Part shown: positions 63,581 through 64,000 of the stretch, one piece after another
How positions within the stretch are numbered: the stretch's first letter is position 1
Layout of the letters: every line of letters starts with the position of its first letter
NCBI RefSeq assembly: GCF_032444005.1
Contig: NC_091290.1
Coordinates: 132,122,001 to 132,186,000, forward strand
DNA length: 64,000 nt
Direction: 5' to 3'
From: Ranitomeya imitator
Taxonomy: Eukaryota
Notes under the pieces: generated by a model
Databases searched by the model: none
Seen by the model: the letters and a program-made list of their open reading frames with translations, nothing else
What the model was told of the DNA's origin: nothing
Translations under genes and position numbers: made by a program

Positions 63581-64000
63581 TCTGTGACGATGGGAATAAC
63601 CTTTTCAAGGGAGAAAGCTGCAGTACCGGGCAGAGCTGCTGTTAAAGAACAATGCAAAATTAGGTGTAAACAACAAAGAGGCAGCAACCCCTTGAAATAG
63701 CTGATGGACAGGGGCGCAGGGACTCAGAGCAGGATCTTCTTCAATATTGGAGTCTTACGTAATTCTGATGACAATATTACAAGGAACGTTCCTGTATTTG
63801 GGACATGCACACCCCTGGTGAATATTCCAGCCATTCACCATGACAGCCAGGTTAAACATTTGCTGACATGGTCGCCTCCAGAGATCACCGAATCCCAGCG
63901 TAGGATCACGAAGGAAATCCTCTACCTGTCATCAGTAGAGAACAAGTGGGACTTAGGGAATTACAGAACAGCATGACAACACTGCAAAAATTAAAGGGCA

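Noticed and set aside
63704-63976. 90-aa ORF or possible exon of a neighbouring gene
   Set aside because: No frame on either strand resembles TRAPPC2L, PABPN1L or CBFA2T3 as I recall them; needs a BLAST search.

Overview
Vertebrate (anuran-like, inferred from the repeat families and protein sequences) genomic DNA from the conserved PIEZO1-CDT1-APRT-GALNS cluster. By manual splicing I find PIEZO1 coding exon 1 (-), complete CDT1 (+, 10 exons, 590 aa), complete APRT (-, 5 exons, 180 aa) and complete GALNS (-, 14 exons, 515 aa); all exons are GT-AG and in phase. The rest is transposons and kilobase-scale minisatellites: two non-autonomous Helitron families carrying internal tandem arrays (20-bp and 32-bp), two near-identical young CR1 LINEs, an L2 LINE, Tc1 remnants, and TTAA-target and TWA-target MITEs. 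Main observations: (1) an 11-kb Helitron whose internal 20-mer expanded to about 435 copies with higher-order duplications, ending 0.5 kb before the CDT1 start; (2) a 68-bp repeat that copies the end of GALNS exon 9 and its splice donor five extra times; (3) a three-level MITE/CR1/L2 nest with readable TSDs; (4) a large VNTR abutting each of three consecutive promoters; (5) an in-frame upstream ATG that could extend APRT. Coordinates and copy numbers were counted by hand; no database searches were run.
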